The translations under genes and the position numbers were made by a program. The notes below the pieces were generated by a model. The model made no database searches and was not told the DNA's origin. It worked only from the letters and a program-made list of their open reading frames with translations. From a virus (Duplodnaviria; Caudoviricetes), in IMG/VR virus record IMGVR_UViG_3300044541_000063, positions 1-64,000 of that record: a DNA stretch of 64,000 nucleotides; one strand, written 5' to 3'. This document shows, piece after piece, positions 1-9,326 of this stretch (its first letter is position 1; each line of letters opens with the position of its first letter).

Positions 1-79
1 GATTCCTCGGCTTGTTGAACGACTTCATCAGACCCTTGGTCTGATGCTCCATCGGACTGTTTGGTGAGACGTATCGCAT
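1..79 (-). CDS. 5' end of a leftward gene, possibly an SF2/SNF2-like helicase (partial, runs off window)
   Basis: Manual translation MRYVSPNSPMEHQTKGLMKSFNKPRN with GGAG RBS. The P.xHQ..L pattern resembles phage SNF2 helicase N-termini. Only 26 codons visible. Confidence 0.4.
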   Translation of the reverse strand, partial: MRYVSPNSPMEHQTKGLMKSFNKPRN

Positions 80-108
80 GCTGACTCCATCTGTTAGCTG
101 GCCGACGC

Positions 109-137
109 AGTCGGCCACAACCGGGGGTGGAAGTAAA
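109..137 (-). promoter_or_regulatory. Putative leftward promoter (variant of recurring TTTACTTC motif)
   Basis: Minus strand TTTACT-N17-CCGACT, 30 nt upstream of the leftward start codon. Lacks the A at position 2 of the -10. Confidence 0.4.
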
Positions 138-312
138 GTGGGAGGGTCAAATACCCCGAATACCGGCTGCGAGCGCAGAAAGGTAGCAAAAAGTGCAGCG
201 GCCATAAGCACTTTACTGCAAATACTGGCTGTACCGTCGCCGCGCGCTCGCCCGCGCGTATACGCGCGCGCGTGCGCTAGGTATTCCCGGTATATCGCGC
301 ATGTCGCAGCAC

Positions 313-341
313 TTTACTTCGCCCCGGTCTTGGCGCAGCCT
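313..341 (+). promoter_or_regulatory. Putative sigma70-type phage promoter
   Basis: TTTACT-TCGCC..(N17)-CAGCCT; one of six plus-strand copies of the motif. Confidence 0.6.
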
Positions 342-368
342 TGGCGGTTCTGGACAGGAGACACCGAC

Positions 369-992
369 ATGGCGACTACGACGGCGGCAAGCGAAGACGT
401 GCGCGCGCGATTGGCAAAACGCGGTGAGCGCAAGCCTGACGAGGACGCGCTGCAGCGCATCAGGTACAAGATCGCCGAGATACGCGAGCTCGACGGTGAG
501 ATCGCAGACTTGAGTGCGCGGCTGGCCGAGAAGCAGGCCGCACGCACCGCGATAACCGGCACCGAACTCCCCGACCTGATGAAGCAGCACAAGGTGACGA
601 GCATAACGCTCGCCGCGGCCGGCAACCTTCCGGCGTACGACGCCACTCTGGAGACGGTGTACTACGCCGGACTTCCGAAGTCTGCGTCCCCGGAGCAGCG
701 CGAGGCTGGCTTCAAGTTCCTCGTCGATGTCTGGAAGGTTCCGGACATCATCAAGAACGCCGTGACCCTGACGTTCGGGGCGGGAGAGAGCAAGCAGGCT
801 AAGAAACTCTTTGGCCTGCTGAAGAAGAACAAGTTCGAGTACGGAAACGAGGTGAGCGTGCACAGCGGCACGCTCACCGCAGAACTCCGGCGCCGCGTGC
901 GCGCGGGGAACATCCCTTCGCCTGCCGACTTGGCGAAGATCGGTGGACACGTTCGCGAAGTCGTTAACACAGAACCAGTGAAGAAGGACTAA
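369..992 (+). CDS. Conserved phage replication-region protein (coiled-coil N-terminus)
   Basis: AGGAG RBS before ATG 369 (ORF track start 78 is too far upstream). ELPDLM, IIKNAVTLTFG and VHSGTL..ELRRR motifs are typical of the gene preceding phage SSB. Confidence 0.8.
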   Translation: MATTTAASEDVRARLAKRGERKPDEDALQRIRYKIAEIRELDGEIADLSARLAEKQAARTAITGTELPDLMKQHKVTSITLAAAGNLPAYDATLETVYYAGLPKSASPEQREAGFKFLVDVWKVPDIIKNAVTLTFGAGESKQAKKLFGLLKKNKFEYGNEVSVHSGTLTAELRRRVRAGNIPSPADLAKIGGHVREVVNTEPVKKD

Positions 993-998
993 GAACAC

Positions 999-1862
999 AT
1001 GGCATTCAAGCAGACTCAGAAACCAGCTGCGAAGAAGACGCAGCAGCCGGCGGCCAGAACCAGTACGAAGCCGCCGCAGGAGAAGCAGAAGAATCCAATT
1101 CAGCGCATGAGCACCAGCACTGCGCCAGCTCGCGTGCGACAGCGCGAGGACAAGTCCGAGTCGGTCAGCAAGGACGCGGCCGACAATCAAGTGCCGTTCA
1201 TCTATCTGCTGCAGTCTAACTCGCCGCAGTGCATGAAGGGCCACGAGAAGAACATACCCGGTGCCGAGGCGAGCGACATCTGGTTGCGCAACGATCCAGA
1301 GCCGATTATCAAGGGCGACGACGGCATGGACTTTCAGTGCTGCTTCTTCTCGAAGGACTGGGTCGAGTGGCTGCCGGAGCGTGCGGGCTTGGCTGGCAGG
1401 CATCCCGAGCGTCCAGAGGACGCTGAGCAGGTCGAGGAGGAGGGTGAGGACGGTGGCACCAGGACGGTGTGGAAGCGACCGAACGGCAACTATGTCGTCG
1501 AGACGCGGTATCACGTCGGACTCGTGCATCGCTCAGGCAAGCCTCCGGAGCCGTACACTCTGCCGCTTAGCAGCACGGGGCACACGGTCTCGAAGCAGTG
1601 GACCACCGCCCAGAACAAGCTCGAGGGCGGCCGCGCCGAGTGGTACGACGTGATCTGGACTCTGCATCCAGTACTGAAGCGCAAGGGAACGCACGCTTGG
1701 TATCAGTACGAGGTGTCGTTCAATCGCTGGGCGTCAGACGACGAGGCCAACGAGGGCAGGAATCTGCACGAGGCCTTCGTGTCTGGAACCAAGCGCATGG
1801 CCGACGACGAGGTCGCCGACACCGGGGGAACCGGCGAGGGCGAGCGCTCCGACGTGATGTAG
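999..1862 (+). CDS. Putative single-stranded DNA-binding protein
   Basis: P.I.LLQSNSPQ, WVEW, ETRYH and aromatic-rich core with an acidic C-terminal tail; located in the replication module. Confidence 0.65.
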   Translation: MAFKQTQKPAAKKTQQPAARTSTKPPQEKQKNPIQRMSTSTAPARVRQREDKSESVSKDAADNQVPFIYLLQSNSPQCMKGHEKNIPGAEASDIWLRNDPEPIIKGDDGMDFQCCFFSKDWVEWLPERAGLAGRHPERPEDAEQVEEEGEDGGTRTVWKRPNGNYVVETRYHVGLVHRSGKPPEPYTLPLSSTGHTVSKQWTTAQNKLEGGRAEWYDVIWTLHPVLKRKGTHAWYQYEVSFNRWASDDEANEGRNLHEAFVSGTKRMADDEVADTGGTGEGERSDVM

Positions 1863-2034
1863 GACTGCCTCGCGGGCTGCGCTGCCTGGATAGCCGGTCG
1901 GACCCTTAAGACCGGATGGACAATCTCTCCTGTCCAACCTCCCAGGAATTCAGGCACAGCAGGGAAACTCCCAGGGCGGGATCCCGCGAGTCGTCTACCC
2001 GATAAGACCATGCAAACGCGACGGGGGACAGTTA

Positions 2035-3639
2035 GTGGCGAAAGTAGCGACGGCACTCGAGAAGCTGGCGGCACTGTTCGCGGGGTCAGAGAAGGCGCAC
2101 GGGACTCACGGCGCACCGGAGAGGGACCCAGATGGATTGAAGTGGAGCATCAAGCGCACGGCGCGTACCTTGCCGGGCGAGGCGACGCTTGAGATGTGGA
2201 GTGACCACGTCAAGGGTGACACGGCACTGGGCGTGATTCCCATACGAGGGGACTCTAAGGTGCGATGGGGCAGCATCGACTTCGACCAGTACGACGTGAA
2301 CCTTCTAGCACTCGTCGAGAAGGTGGAGAAGGCGAAGTTCCCGCTGGTGCCGTGCCGCAGCAAGTCTGGCGGGCTGCATCTGTTCGTGTTTCTCGAGGAC
2401 TGGGAGCCAGCCGGCGACCTGATCGTGGTGCTCAAGGAGATGGCGGCCTCGCTGGGAATGGCGCAGTGCGAGATATTCCCGAAGCAGGTTGAGCTCCACA
2501 AGGACCGCAAGGATGTCGGCAACTGGATGGTCATGCCGTACTTCGGAGACACGTTCGAAGGCAAGCTGAAGACGCAGGTCGGTCTCAAGCGCAGCGGTGC
2601 CGAGATGATGCTGAGCGAGTTCGTCGGCAAGTGCGAGGCCAGCATCACGACGACGCAGAAGCTCGTGGAGACTGCGGTCAAGCGACGCGAGCCGCCGAAG
2701 AAGACCAGCAAGAAGGCCAACGGAAACCACGGTGTCGAGTTCCGCGGCGACTTCACGGACGGCCCGGTGTGCCTGGAGCACCTCGGACAGGAGAAGCAGT
2801 CAGACGGTCGCAAGCGCATGCTGTTCCACGCGGCCGTGTACTACAAGAAGGGCGACTCCAAGGACTGGAAGACGCGGGTCGAGCAGTACAATCAGAACGC
2901 GTTCGTCACGCCGTTGCCGGCCGACGAGGTTACCAGCGTGCAGAAGTCGCTCGAGAAGAAGGACTACGAGTACACGTGCAAGGCCGAGCCCATGTGCAGT
3001 CACTGCAACGTGGGGCTCTGCAGAACCAGGAAGTTCGGAGTCGGCAGGGTAGGGGACTATCCGGAGATAGGCGGCATTCGCAAGATCATGCAGGTGCCGC
3101 CGAAGTGGTTCGTTGACGTGAACGGCTACAGCGTCGAGGTCACGACCGAGCAGCTGCAGCAGTTCGGAAGATTTCACGCCGCGTGCATGGCCAGCCGCGG
3201 CAATCTGGTCTTCTCGCTGATGAAGCAGGAGGCGTGGATCGGAATTCTGCAGGACGCGATGCAGAAGGTACAGGAGGTTGAAGTGCCAGACAACGAGTTG
3301 CCAATCAACGTGTTCAGGGACGGGTTGCGCGAGTTCTTGACCAACAGGCGCAAGGCGCAGCGTCGCGAGGACCTCCTCGACGGCAAGCCGTGGCTCGACG
3401 AGGAGGGAGGAGTCTACGTCTTCAGTACCAAGGACCTGCTGACGTTCTTCAGAAAGAACGGCTACAAGCAGTTCTCCGATACCGACACCGTGTCGACGTT
3501 CTTGGAGGAGATCGGAGCCGGCAGGAAGGAGGTCAACTTCAACAACAAGCACAAGCGAAACTGCCGCACGGTGCGCGAGATGGAGATCGAGCCGCAGCAC
3601 GTGTCGCTGCTACCGGCACCGAAGCAGGAGCCCATGTGA
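2035..3639 (+). CDS. AEP-type primase(-polymerase) with PriCT/Cys-rich C-terminal region
   Basis: IDFD catalytic motif, RSKSGGLHLFVF, EIFPKQ, GNW..MPYFG, Cys cluster CK.EPMCSHCN..LC. No Walker A in the C-terminal part. Confidence 0.85.
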   Translation: MAKVATALEKLAALFAGSEKAHGTHGAPERDPDGLKWSIKRTARTLPGEATLEMWSDHVKGDTALGVIPIRGDSKVRWGSIDFDQYDVNLLALVEKVEKAKFPLVPCRSKSGGLHLFVFLEDWEPAGDLIVVLKEMAASLGMAQCEIFPKQVELHKDRKDVGNWMVMPYFGDTFEGKLKTQVGLKRSGAEMMLSEFVGKCEASITTTQKLVETAVKRREPPKKTSKKANGNHGVEFRGDFTDGPVCLEHLGQEKQSDGRKRMLFHAAVYYKKGDSKDWKTRVEQYNQNAFVTPLPADEVTSVQKSLEKKDYEYTCKAEPMCSHCNVGLCRTRKFGVGRVGDYPEIGGIRKIMQVPPKWFVDVNGYSVEVTTEQLQQFGRFHAACMASRGNLVFSLMKQEAWIGILQDAMQKVQEVEVPDNELPINVFRDGLREFLTNRRKAQRREDLLDGKPWLDEEGGVYVFSTKDLLTFFRKNGYKQFSDTDTVSTFLEEIGAGRKEVNFNNKHKRNCRTVREMEIEPQHVSLLPAPKQEPM

Positions 3640-3887
3640 TGGCTGGAAGTATCAGGCACTGTCTGAAGGAAGACGGGACCTATCGTGGCACCCGACTTCT
3701 GGAGAACATGAAGGACATGACCGAGGGCGCTGAGGAGATGATGTTCGTCATCCTCGCTCTCACCGAGAACGACCCGGAGATGCTCAAGGCCGCGTCGGAC
3801 TGGTACTACAGGTGTCTGCGCAAGGAGCAGCCGTGGCCGAAGTGGTTCAACGAGCGCGGCTATCCGTGCAACGAGGAGCGGTCATGA
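3639..3887 (+). CDS. Hypothetical protein
   Basis: ATG overlaps primase stop; 82 aa. Confidence 0.6.
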   Translation: MAGSIRHCLKEDGTYRGTRLLENMKDMTEGAEEMMFVILALTENDPEMLKAASDWYYRCLRKEQPWPKWFNERGYPCNEERS

Positions 3888-4024
3888 GACTGAGCCTGTT
3901 CGAGTGGGTGCAGCTGGTGGCCGTCGCCCTGGTGCTGACGGTGGTGGTCACGGCCGCGCGCGAGAGGCTGCGCACCGAGCGACACTGCCGCATGGTGGCC
4001 ACGCTCGTGGTGGACTGCCGATGA
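3884..4024 (+). CDS. Small membrane protein
   Basis: ATGA overlap; one hydrophobic segment. Confidence 0.5.
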   Translation: MRLSLFEWVQLVAVALVLTVVVTAARERLRTERHCRMVATLVVDCR

Positions 4025-4443
4025 GCTTCAAGCTGGTGTGGACGGCGCACCTCGGCACGTATCACACGCGTGCGGCGGCCGTCAAGGCGATGGACAACGT
4101 GCGGCCGATGCGGCCGGGCGAGAAGCTGGTGATAGTGGAGCATGAAGATGCCGAGAAGCGGGTACCGCGGGTTCTCGAGCAAGAAGGCGTACGAGGATCA
4201 CTACGGCGACCCGAGAAATTGGGCGGACGAGATACCGGCGATGGAGCAGTACGCGCTGGAGAACAGAGAGGAGCGAGAGATGCCGAGCAGAGCAGACGTG
4301 ATACCAGGAGTTCAGGTTCCGCAGGACCAGCCGGTGACAGTGAGATACGTGGCGGGATTCGCGTTCGAGCAGCAAAGAGTCCTGCTCGTAAGAAAGAAGC
4401 AGCCAAGTTGGCAGGCCGGACTTCTAAACGGCGTGGGAGGTAA
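4021..4443 (+). CDS. Hypothetical protein (3' part overlaps Nudix gene)
   Basis: ATGA overlap with upstream gene; long overlap downstream lowers confidence. Confidence 0.3.
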   Translation: MSFKLVWTAHLGTYHTRAAAVKAMDNVRPMRPGEKLVIVEHEDAEKRVPRVLEQEGVRGSLRRPEKLGGRDTGDGAVRAGEQRGARDAEQSRRDTRSSGSAGPAGDSEIRGGIRVRAAKSPARKKEAAKLAGRTSKRRGR

Positions 4444-4810
4444 GATCGAGTCTGGCGAGACGCCGGGGCAGGCGATGGAGCGCGAGTTCTTCGAGGAGAC
4501 TGGCGCGCGCGTGCCGGAGACGACGTGGAGATGCTTCTGCGTTGAGAGCGGGCCGGGGTACGAGGTCCACTTCTTCAAGACGTTTCTGTCGATGCACGAC
4601 GCAGAGCTCACGATGGCGAAGGGCTACAACGACGCGATGGAGCAGCTGATCTGGCACGACACGCGTCACCTGGAGGACGAAGCCTGGAGCGTGATGATCG
4701 GAAACTTGCACTGGCTGATTCCGATGGCGCAGGACTGGCGCCACTATCAGTGTCGCGTTACCACGCGCGACAGCATCAAGTCCAGACCAGTGTGGGGAGT
4801 CGTTCAGTGA
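4142..4810 (+). CDS. Nudix hydrolase (alternative start 4280)
   Basis: Nudix box GGKIESGETPGQAMEREFFEETG. Confidence 0.9.
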   Translation: MKMPRSGYRGFSSKKAYEDHYGDPRNWADEIPAMEQYALENREEREMPSRADVIPGVQVPQDQPVTVRYVAGFAFEQQRVLLVRKKQPSWQAGLLNGVGGKIESGETPGQAMEREFFEETGARVPETTWRCFCVESGPGYEVHFFKTFLSMHDAELTMAKGYNDAMEQLIWHDTRHLEDEAWSVMIGNLHWLIPMAQDWRHYQCRVTTRDSIKSRPVWGVVQ

Positions 4811-5097
4811 CGTGGTTCGTCACCGACGTGCTGCCGTGGATCATGTCCGTCGTCAGCATCACGCAGGTGTGGGCCAGTGGTCACAAGAAGTGGTGGGCGT
4901 GGCGGCTGGCCAGCTGGAACCAGCTGCTGTGGACGGTGTGGATCGTCTACACTGGTACGTGGGGCTTCCTTTTGCTCAACGCAGTCTTGTGGTACCTTAG
5001 CTTCCGCAACCACCGTCTCTGGAACGTGCCGGCACCACCGACCGAGGACGAGATATCCAGGGTCTTTGAGTACGTGTACAGAAAGGGAGCAGCATGA
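4807..5097 (+). CDS. Small Trp-rich membrane protein, PnuC-like fragment
   Basis: GTGA overlap; 3 hydrophobic segments with KKWWAW..NQLLW..YTGTWG pattern. Confidence 0.55.
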   Translation: MTWFVTDVLPWIMSVVSITQVWASGHKKWWAWRLASWNQLLWTVWIVYTGTWGFLLLNAVLWYLSFRNHRLWNVPAPPTEDEISRVFEYVYRKGAA

Positions 5098-5435
5098 GTC
5101 TGAAACCTATAGAGATCGACGTGAGGCCGGCCGTGTGTGTCACGGTCTGCGAGGCGGGCACCGTCATCGCCGTGGTGGTGCTCAAGGGCGAGGAGATCGC
5201 CAAGCTGCCGCAGATAACCGGCATACAGATGCACGCTCCGGGCAGGTGGTACGTCGCCAGCCTGAGCGTCATGGGCAAGCAGATGATGAAGTTCAGCCAT
5301 GCCGAGGGTGAGTTCCTCAGCATAACCGAGGCGGAGAAGCACGCGCAGAAGATCGCGAGGGAACTCGCGCAGCGCATTCAGGAGAAGTCGCTGCAGGCGC
5401 AGCTGATTCGCGCGAACGCCGGGCCTAGACAGTGA
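5094..5435 (+). CDS. Hypothetical protein
   Basis: GGAG RBS, overlapping start/stop. Confidence 0.6.
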   Translation: MSLKPIEIDVRPAVCVTVCEAGTVIAVVVLKGEEIAKLPQITGIQMHAPGRWYVASLSVMGKQMMKFSHAEGEFLSITEAEKHAQKIARELAQRIQEKSLQAQLIRANAGPRQ

Positions 5436-5599
5436 AAGCGTATCGCATAGTCGCCGTCATGAGTTCTAGTACTCCTCCAGAGTGCAAGGCCGACAACGGC
5501 AAACTGTACATGGATGAGGCGAACGCAGTCGCCGCCTTGCGCAAGCATCCGGTGCGCGAGTGCTACTGCATCGTTGAAGAACAGGAGAATTTCGGATGA
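5432..5599 (+). CDS. Hypothetical protein (55 aa, not in ORF track)
   Basis: Manual translation MKAYRIVAVM...EEQENFG; GTGA and ATGA overlaps at both ends. Confidence 0.5.
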   Translation: MKAYRIVAVMSSSTPPECKADNGKLYMDEANAVAALRKHPVRECYCIVEEQENFG

Positions 5600-5916
5600 G
5601 CATGAAGGACCTCTGGAGACCGATCGCAGAGCTGACCGTCGAGGAGCGATACGACACCGACTTTCTGCTGCGCGCGCCCGAGCTCGTAGACGGTGACTGC
5701 AACCTGCACGGCGTCGCGCCCGGCTACTTCCAGGACGACCGCGACAGGCCGGCGCTCGGCGGTGACGACAAGAAGGACTACGGCGGCTGGATGGCCGCCA
5801 AGTGGAACATGACCAACGACGAGTGGTACGACACGCCGGTGACACCGACCCACTACTGCAGAATCGAGGGACCGCAGCTGTTCACGGCCAAGGAGCTGGA
5901 GGCCGTTCGTGACTGA
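5596..5916 (+). CDS. Hypothetical protein (WRPI...PTH. DUF551-like pattern)
   Basis: N-terminal WRPI and C-terminal PTHY typical of small phage proteins. Confidence 0.65.
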   Translation: MSMKDLWRPIAELTVEERYDTDFLLRAPELVDGDCNLHGVAPGYFQDDRDRPALGGDDKKDYGGWMAAKWNMTNDEWYDTPVTPTHYCRIEGPQLFTAKELEAVRD

Positions 5917-7411
5917 GATCGTACTCGGGCCGCCCGGCACCGGCAAGACGACCACGCTCGTTGGCGTGGTGCGCGACGAGCTGGAGCGTGGCGTGGCGAT
6001 GGACAAGATCGGCTACGTCAGCTTCACGCGCCGGGCGGCGCACGAGGCGATCGAGCGCGCCACTGGCGTGCTCAAGAAGAGCAAGAAAGACTTTCCGTAC
6101 TTCAGCACGCTGCACTCGCTGTGCTTTCGTCAGCTGGGACTGAGCAGGTCAGACGTGCTCGAGGGCAGCCGTCTGCGAGCCTTCGCAGACTGGGCGGAAG
6201 TGTCGCTGTCTGGCCGCGTCAGCGAGGACGGAAACTGGACCGGCTACGACGAGGGCGACCGAATTCTGTTCATGGAGAACGTGGCGCGCGTGCGCGGCGA
6301 CTCGCTCGCCAGAGCGTACCACGAGTTCGACGACGACAACCTGCCGTGGACGGAGGTCGACCGAGTCTCCAGGTCGCTGGCGAAGTTCAAGGCCGACAAC
6401 GGCCTGTACGACTTCACCGACATGCTGCACGAGTTCACCTGCAACAGTGCCACGGTGCCGCTTGAGGTGCTGCTGGTGGACGAGGCGCAGGACCTCAGCT
6501 GGCTGCAGTGGCGGGTCGTACGCAAGCTCGCGGAGGGCTGCCGCCGCGTGGTGGTAGCGGGCGACGACGATCAGGCCATCTACCGCTGGGCGGGCGCCGA
6601 GGCCGACCACCTCATCGACATGACCGGCGACGCTCGCGTGCTGGGCCAGTCGTACCGCGTCCCCCCGGCCGTGGCGACGCTGGCCAACGCGCTGATCGGT
6701 CGGATAGCGCACCGCCGCCCCAAGATCTGGGAGCCGAAGCCGGGGGAGTCTGGCGAGGTGCAGCACGCCGGCGACTTCCGACACGTGAGTGTGGACGACG
6801 GGCAGACTCTCATCCTCACGCGAAACAACTACGCGGCCGACGAGTACGTGTGCCCCGAGCTGCGCGGGCGAGGCATCATCTATGAGCGGCACGGCCGCAC
6901 CAGTATCAACGAGAAGCTCTACAACTCGGCGCGCGCCTGGACTCGACTGATGGCCGGCGAGAAGATATTCGCCACTGAGGCGGCGCACGTGTACGACCAG
7001 ATGTCTGGTCTGTCGCAGGACGCGAAGGCCGCGGTGCAGCGGGCGGCTAGCGACGTTCAGTACTCCTACGAGGAGCTGGTCAGTTACGGCGGTCTGCTGA
7101 CGCAGCGTCAGCCGTGGTTCGACGCTCTCGATCGCGCCAAGATCGAGGACCGCGAGTACATTCGCGCGGCGCTGGCGCGCGGCGACAAGCCGAGCGAGCG
7201 CCCGCGCGTGGTGGTGTCGACGGTGCACGGGTCGAAGGGCGCCGAGGCCGACCACGTGGTCGTGCTGAAGGACATGGCCAAGAGAACGCACTTGGAGATG
7301 CAGAAGAATCCAGACGACGAGGTCAGAGTCTGGTATGTCGCGGTCACGAGGGCCAAGCGGCGATTGACCATCGTGGAGTCGCAGACGCCGCAGGAGTGTC
7401 CATGGATATGA
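5909..7411 (+). CDS. SF1 (UvrD/Rep-like) DNA helicase
   Basis: GPPGTGKTT, DEAQD, GDDDQAIY, STVHGSKGAE, YVAVTRA. Confidence 0.95.
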   Translation: MTEIVLGPPGTGKTTTLVGVVRDELERGVAMDKIGYVSFTRRAAHEAIERATGVLKKSKKDFPYFSTLHSLCFRQLGLSRSDVLEGSRLRAFADWAEVSLSGRVSEDGNWTGYDEGDRILFMENVARVRGDSLARAYHEFDDDNLPWTEVDRVSRSLAKFKADNGLYDFTDMLHEFTCNSATVPLEVLLVDEAQDLSWLQWRVVRKLAEGCRRVVVAGDDDQAIYRWAGAEADHLIDMTGDARVLGQSYRVPPAVATLANALIGRIAHRRPKIWEPKPGESGEVQHAGDFRHVSVDDGQTLILTRNNYAADEYVCPELRGRGIIYERHGRTSINEKLYNSARAWTRLMAGEKIFATEAAHVYDQMSGLSQDAKAAVQRAASDVQYSYEELVSYGGLLTQRQPWFDALDRAKIEDREYIRAALARGDKPSERPRVVVSTVHGSKGAEADHVVVLKDMAKRTHLEMQKNPDDEVRVWYVAVTRAKRRLTIVESQTPQECPWI

Positions 7412-7599
7412 CAAGAGCATTGGTGCTGGTAGATCCTGGTGTCGATGTCCTGAGAGACGTGCTGCAGTCGTTCACTCACGGCGGTCTGCCGAGGGTGACG
7501 ATCGTGGTGATGCTCACGGACGGTGAGTGCGCGGTGTGGAAGACGGACGGCAGCGTCTCCACCTGGAAGAAGAGCGACTGGCTGAAGGGAGAGTTCTGA
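7402..7599 (+). CDS. Hypothetical protein
   Basis: AGGAG RBS; overlaps helicase stop. Confidence 0.5.
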   Translation: MDMTRALVLVDPGVDVLRDVLQSFTHGGLPRVTIVVMLTDGECAVWKTDGSVSTWKKSDWLKGEF

Positions 7600-7747
7600 G
7601 CACGTGCGCGACGAGACTCCCATACACTTCGAGGAGTTGATTCTGTGCGCGTGCACGGGTCCGATGCGAGGCGAGCGATACTGCCCGTGCAGGCTGCGCA
7701 TCCGCGCGAAGCTGACGCTGATATCGCTGATCAAGTGGAGAGGAGCA

Positions 7748-8020
7748 ATGACAAAGGAGCAGGTAGTGATGGCGCAGGGAAGACACAGACAGCACGTGTG
7801 CGACGACGAGAACTGCTCGGTGTGCAAAGGCGGACTGTTGCTGTGCACGATCTGCGGCGGCGCCGAGGCCAGCATGCCGACGAACTGTCCGGGCTTCAAG
7901 ATGACTGAGAGCGAGCAGAGTCTGGTGCAGTCTGGTGAGTTAGACTTCAAGGAAGATCAGTGGGTTCGCAAGCATCCAGATGGAGGAGAAGTGAAATGGC
8001 GACCAAGAAAGAGACTCTAG
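7748..8020 (+). CDS. Cys-rich hypothetical protein (may start at 7604)
   Basis: AGGAG RBS before 7748; CxxC..CxxC..CPG pattern. Confidence 0.6.
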   Translation: MTKEQVVMAQGRHRQHVCDDENCSVCKGGLLLCTICGGAEASMPTNCPGFKMTESEQSLVQSGELDFKEDQWVRKHPDGGEVKWRPRKRL

Positions 8021-8244
8021 AGGCGGCGCTCCGTGGCGAGGGCTGTCTCGGCAAGGCCAAGGACGACGAGCCGGTATTCGTGCTCGTCGGAGACGACGCG
8101 CTGGCGGCCGGTACCATAGGGTTCTGGGCCACCAGACTGACGAACCTGAAGGGCGGCAACTACGCGAAGGTCCTGCAGGCTAACCAGGACATTCAGCAGT
8201 TTCAGCTCTGGGCAACCAAGCACGGAACGAAGATACCAGACTGA
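7996..8244 (+). CDS. Conserved small phage protein
   Basis: GGAGG RBS; CLGKAKDDEPVFVL motif. Confidence 0.7.
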   Translation: MATKKETLEAALRGEGCLGKAKDDEPVFVLVGDDALAAGTIGFWATRLTNLKGGNYAKVLQANQDIQQFQLWATKHGTKIPD

Positions 8245-8693
8245 TGGACGAGCTGCTCAAGAAGAAGCTGGCCGAGTGGCGCAAGGTTGCCGGCCTGCTC
8301 TACGCAGAAATCGCCGCCGTCATCGATGGCGGCGAGCCTCTGACGAGGCGACGAATGGCCACGTGGCAGAACGCGCACATCGTGGCCGCCCTCAACATCG
8401 GACTGACACTGGAGAAGACCTATGAGGATCGCGGTAGTGGACACGGAGACGACGGGAATGAGCGACCAGGACCAGGTCGTGGAGGTGGGGATCGTGAGCT
8501 GGCGGTGGCCGGCGGAGTTCGAGCCGGACGACGCGTGGTCGAGTCTGGTCAGGCCGACCTGCCCGGTCTCGATGGGAGCCAGGGCCGTGCACCACATAAG
8601 CGACAGCGAGTTGAACGACAGCCTGACGATGCAGGCGCTGCTCCAGCAAAGAGGCCTGCCGGAGCTGGGCGTGGGATCCGGAGACATCGCTGA
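8244..8693 (+). CDS. Hypothetical protein (3' part overlaps exonuclease)
   Basis: Start overlaps upstream stop; first ~60 aa look coding. Confidence 0.35.
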   Translation: MDELLKKKLAEWRKVAGLLYAEIAAVIDGGEPLTRRRMATWQNAHIVAALNIGLTLEKTYEDRGSGHGDDGNERPGPGRGGGDRELAVAGGVRAGRRVVESGQADLPGLDGSQGRAPHKRQRVERQPDDAGAAPAKRPAGAGRGIRRHR

Positions 8694-9198
8694 GGAGGAC
8701 AACGACTACCTCGACGAGGAGGTCGTGATGGTCGCGCACAACTTGGCCTTCGACCGAAAGATGCTGGTGCAGTCCGGCCTCCTCGAGCACCGACTTCCCA
8801 AGAAGCAGGTCTGCACGTGGCAGTGCGCCAAGCACCTGTATCCAGACTCCGAGGACGGCTACTCCAATCAGGTGCTGCGCTACTATCTGGGACTCGTGGT
8901 GCCGCAGCTCACCACGCTGCCGCCGCACCGCGCTCTCCCGGACGCTCTGGTGACGGCCGCTCTGGTGCAGCACATGCTGATGTCCAAGACGCCCGACGAG
9001 CTCGTGAGACTGACCACGACGCCGGTCAATCTCGCTCTCAAGAAGGTGAAGTTCGGCAAGTACAAGGGCATGCTCTGGAAGGACCTGCCGAGCGACTACC
9101 TCGACTGGATCATTCGGCAGGTCGACTTCGACGAGGACGGGAGGCACACGGCGCGCGTCGTGCGGTCCGGGCGTCGTCAACCTTTACTTCAACCGTAA
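8422..9198 (+). CDS. DEDDh 3'-5' exonuclease (ExoX/DnaQ-like)
   Basis: VVDTETTG, AHNLAFD, HRALPDA, C-terminal FGKYKG..W.DLPSDYL.W. Confidence 0.93.
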   Translation: MRIAVVDTETTGMSDQDQVVEVGIVSWRWPAEFEPDDAWSSLVRPTCPVSMGARAVHHISDSELNDSLTMQALLQQRGLPELGVGSGDIAEEDNDYLDEEVVMVAHNLAFDRKMLVQSGLLEHRLPKKQVCTWQCAKHLYPDSEDGYSNQVLRYYLGLVVPQLTTLPPHRALPDALVTAALVQHMLMSKTPDELVRLTTTPVNLALKKVKFGKYKGMLWKDLPSDYLDWIIRQVDFDEDGRHTARVVRSGRRQPLLQP

Positions 9199-9211
9199 GA
9201 GGGCGCAAGAT
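9183..9211 (+). promoter_or_regulatory. Putative promoter upstream of DNA-modification genes
   Basis: TTTACT-N17-CAAGAT. Confidence 0.5.
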
Positions 9212-9326
9212 GCAGCCGTACCACTGGTTCCTGCTCGGCATGATGACGGCGCTGACACCGTCGCTGCTCGTGCTGGCGCTGCTGCTGCGGAGGAGCAACA
9301 CCGATGATCAACATGGCCGGGACTAA
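9210..9326 (+). CDS. Small hydrophobic peptide (doubtful)
   Basis: 38 aa with one TM-like segment; overlaps the putative -10 element. Confidence 0.3.
   Translation: MQPYHWFLLGMMTALTPSLLVLALLLRRSNTDDQHGRD

Noticed and set aside
78-368. ORF track start at 78 for the first gene
   Set aside because: The region holds two promoter motifs and the origin-like signature. A clear AGGAG-ATG at 369 gives the recognisable protein start.
1863-2034. Short stems and a CTCCCAGG direct repeat between SSB and primase
   Set aside because: Stems are only 5-6 bp in GC-rich DNA and there is no U-tract or promoter motif, so they cannot be told from chance.
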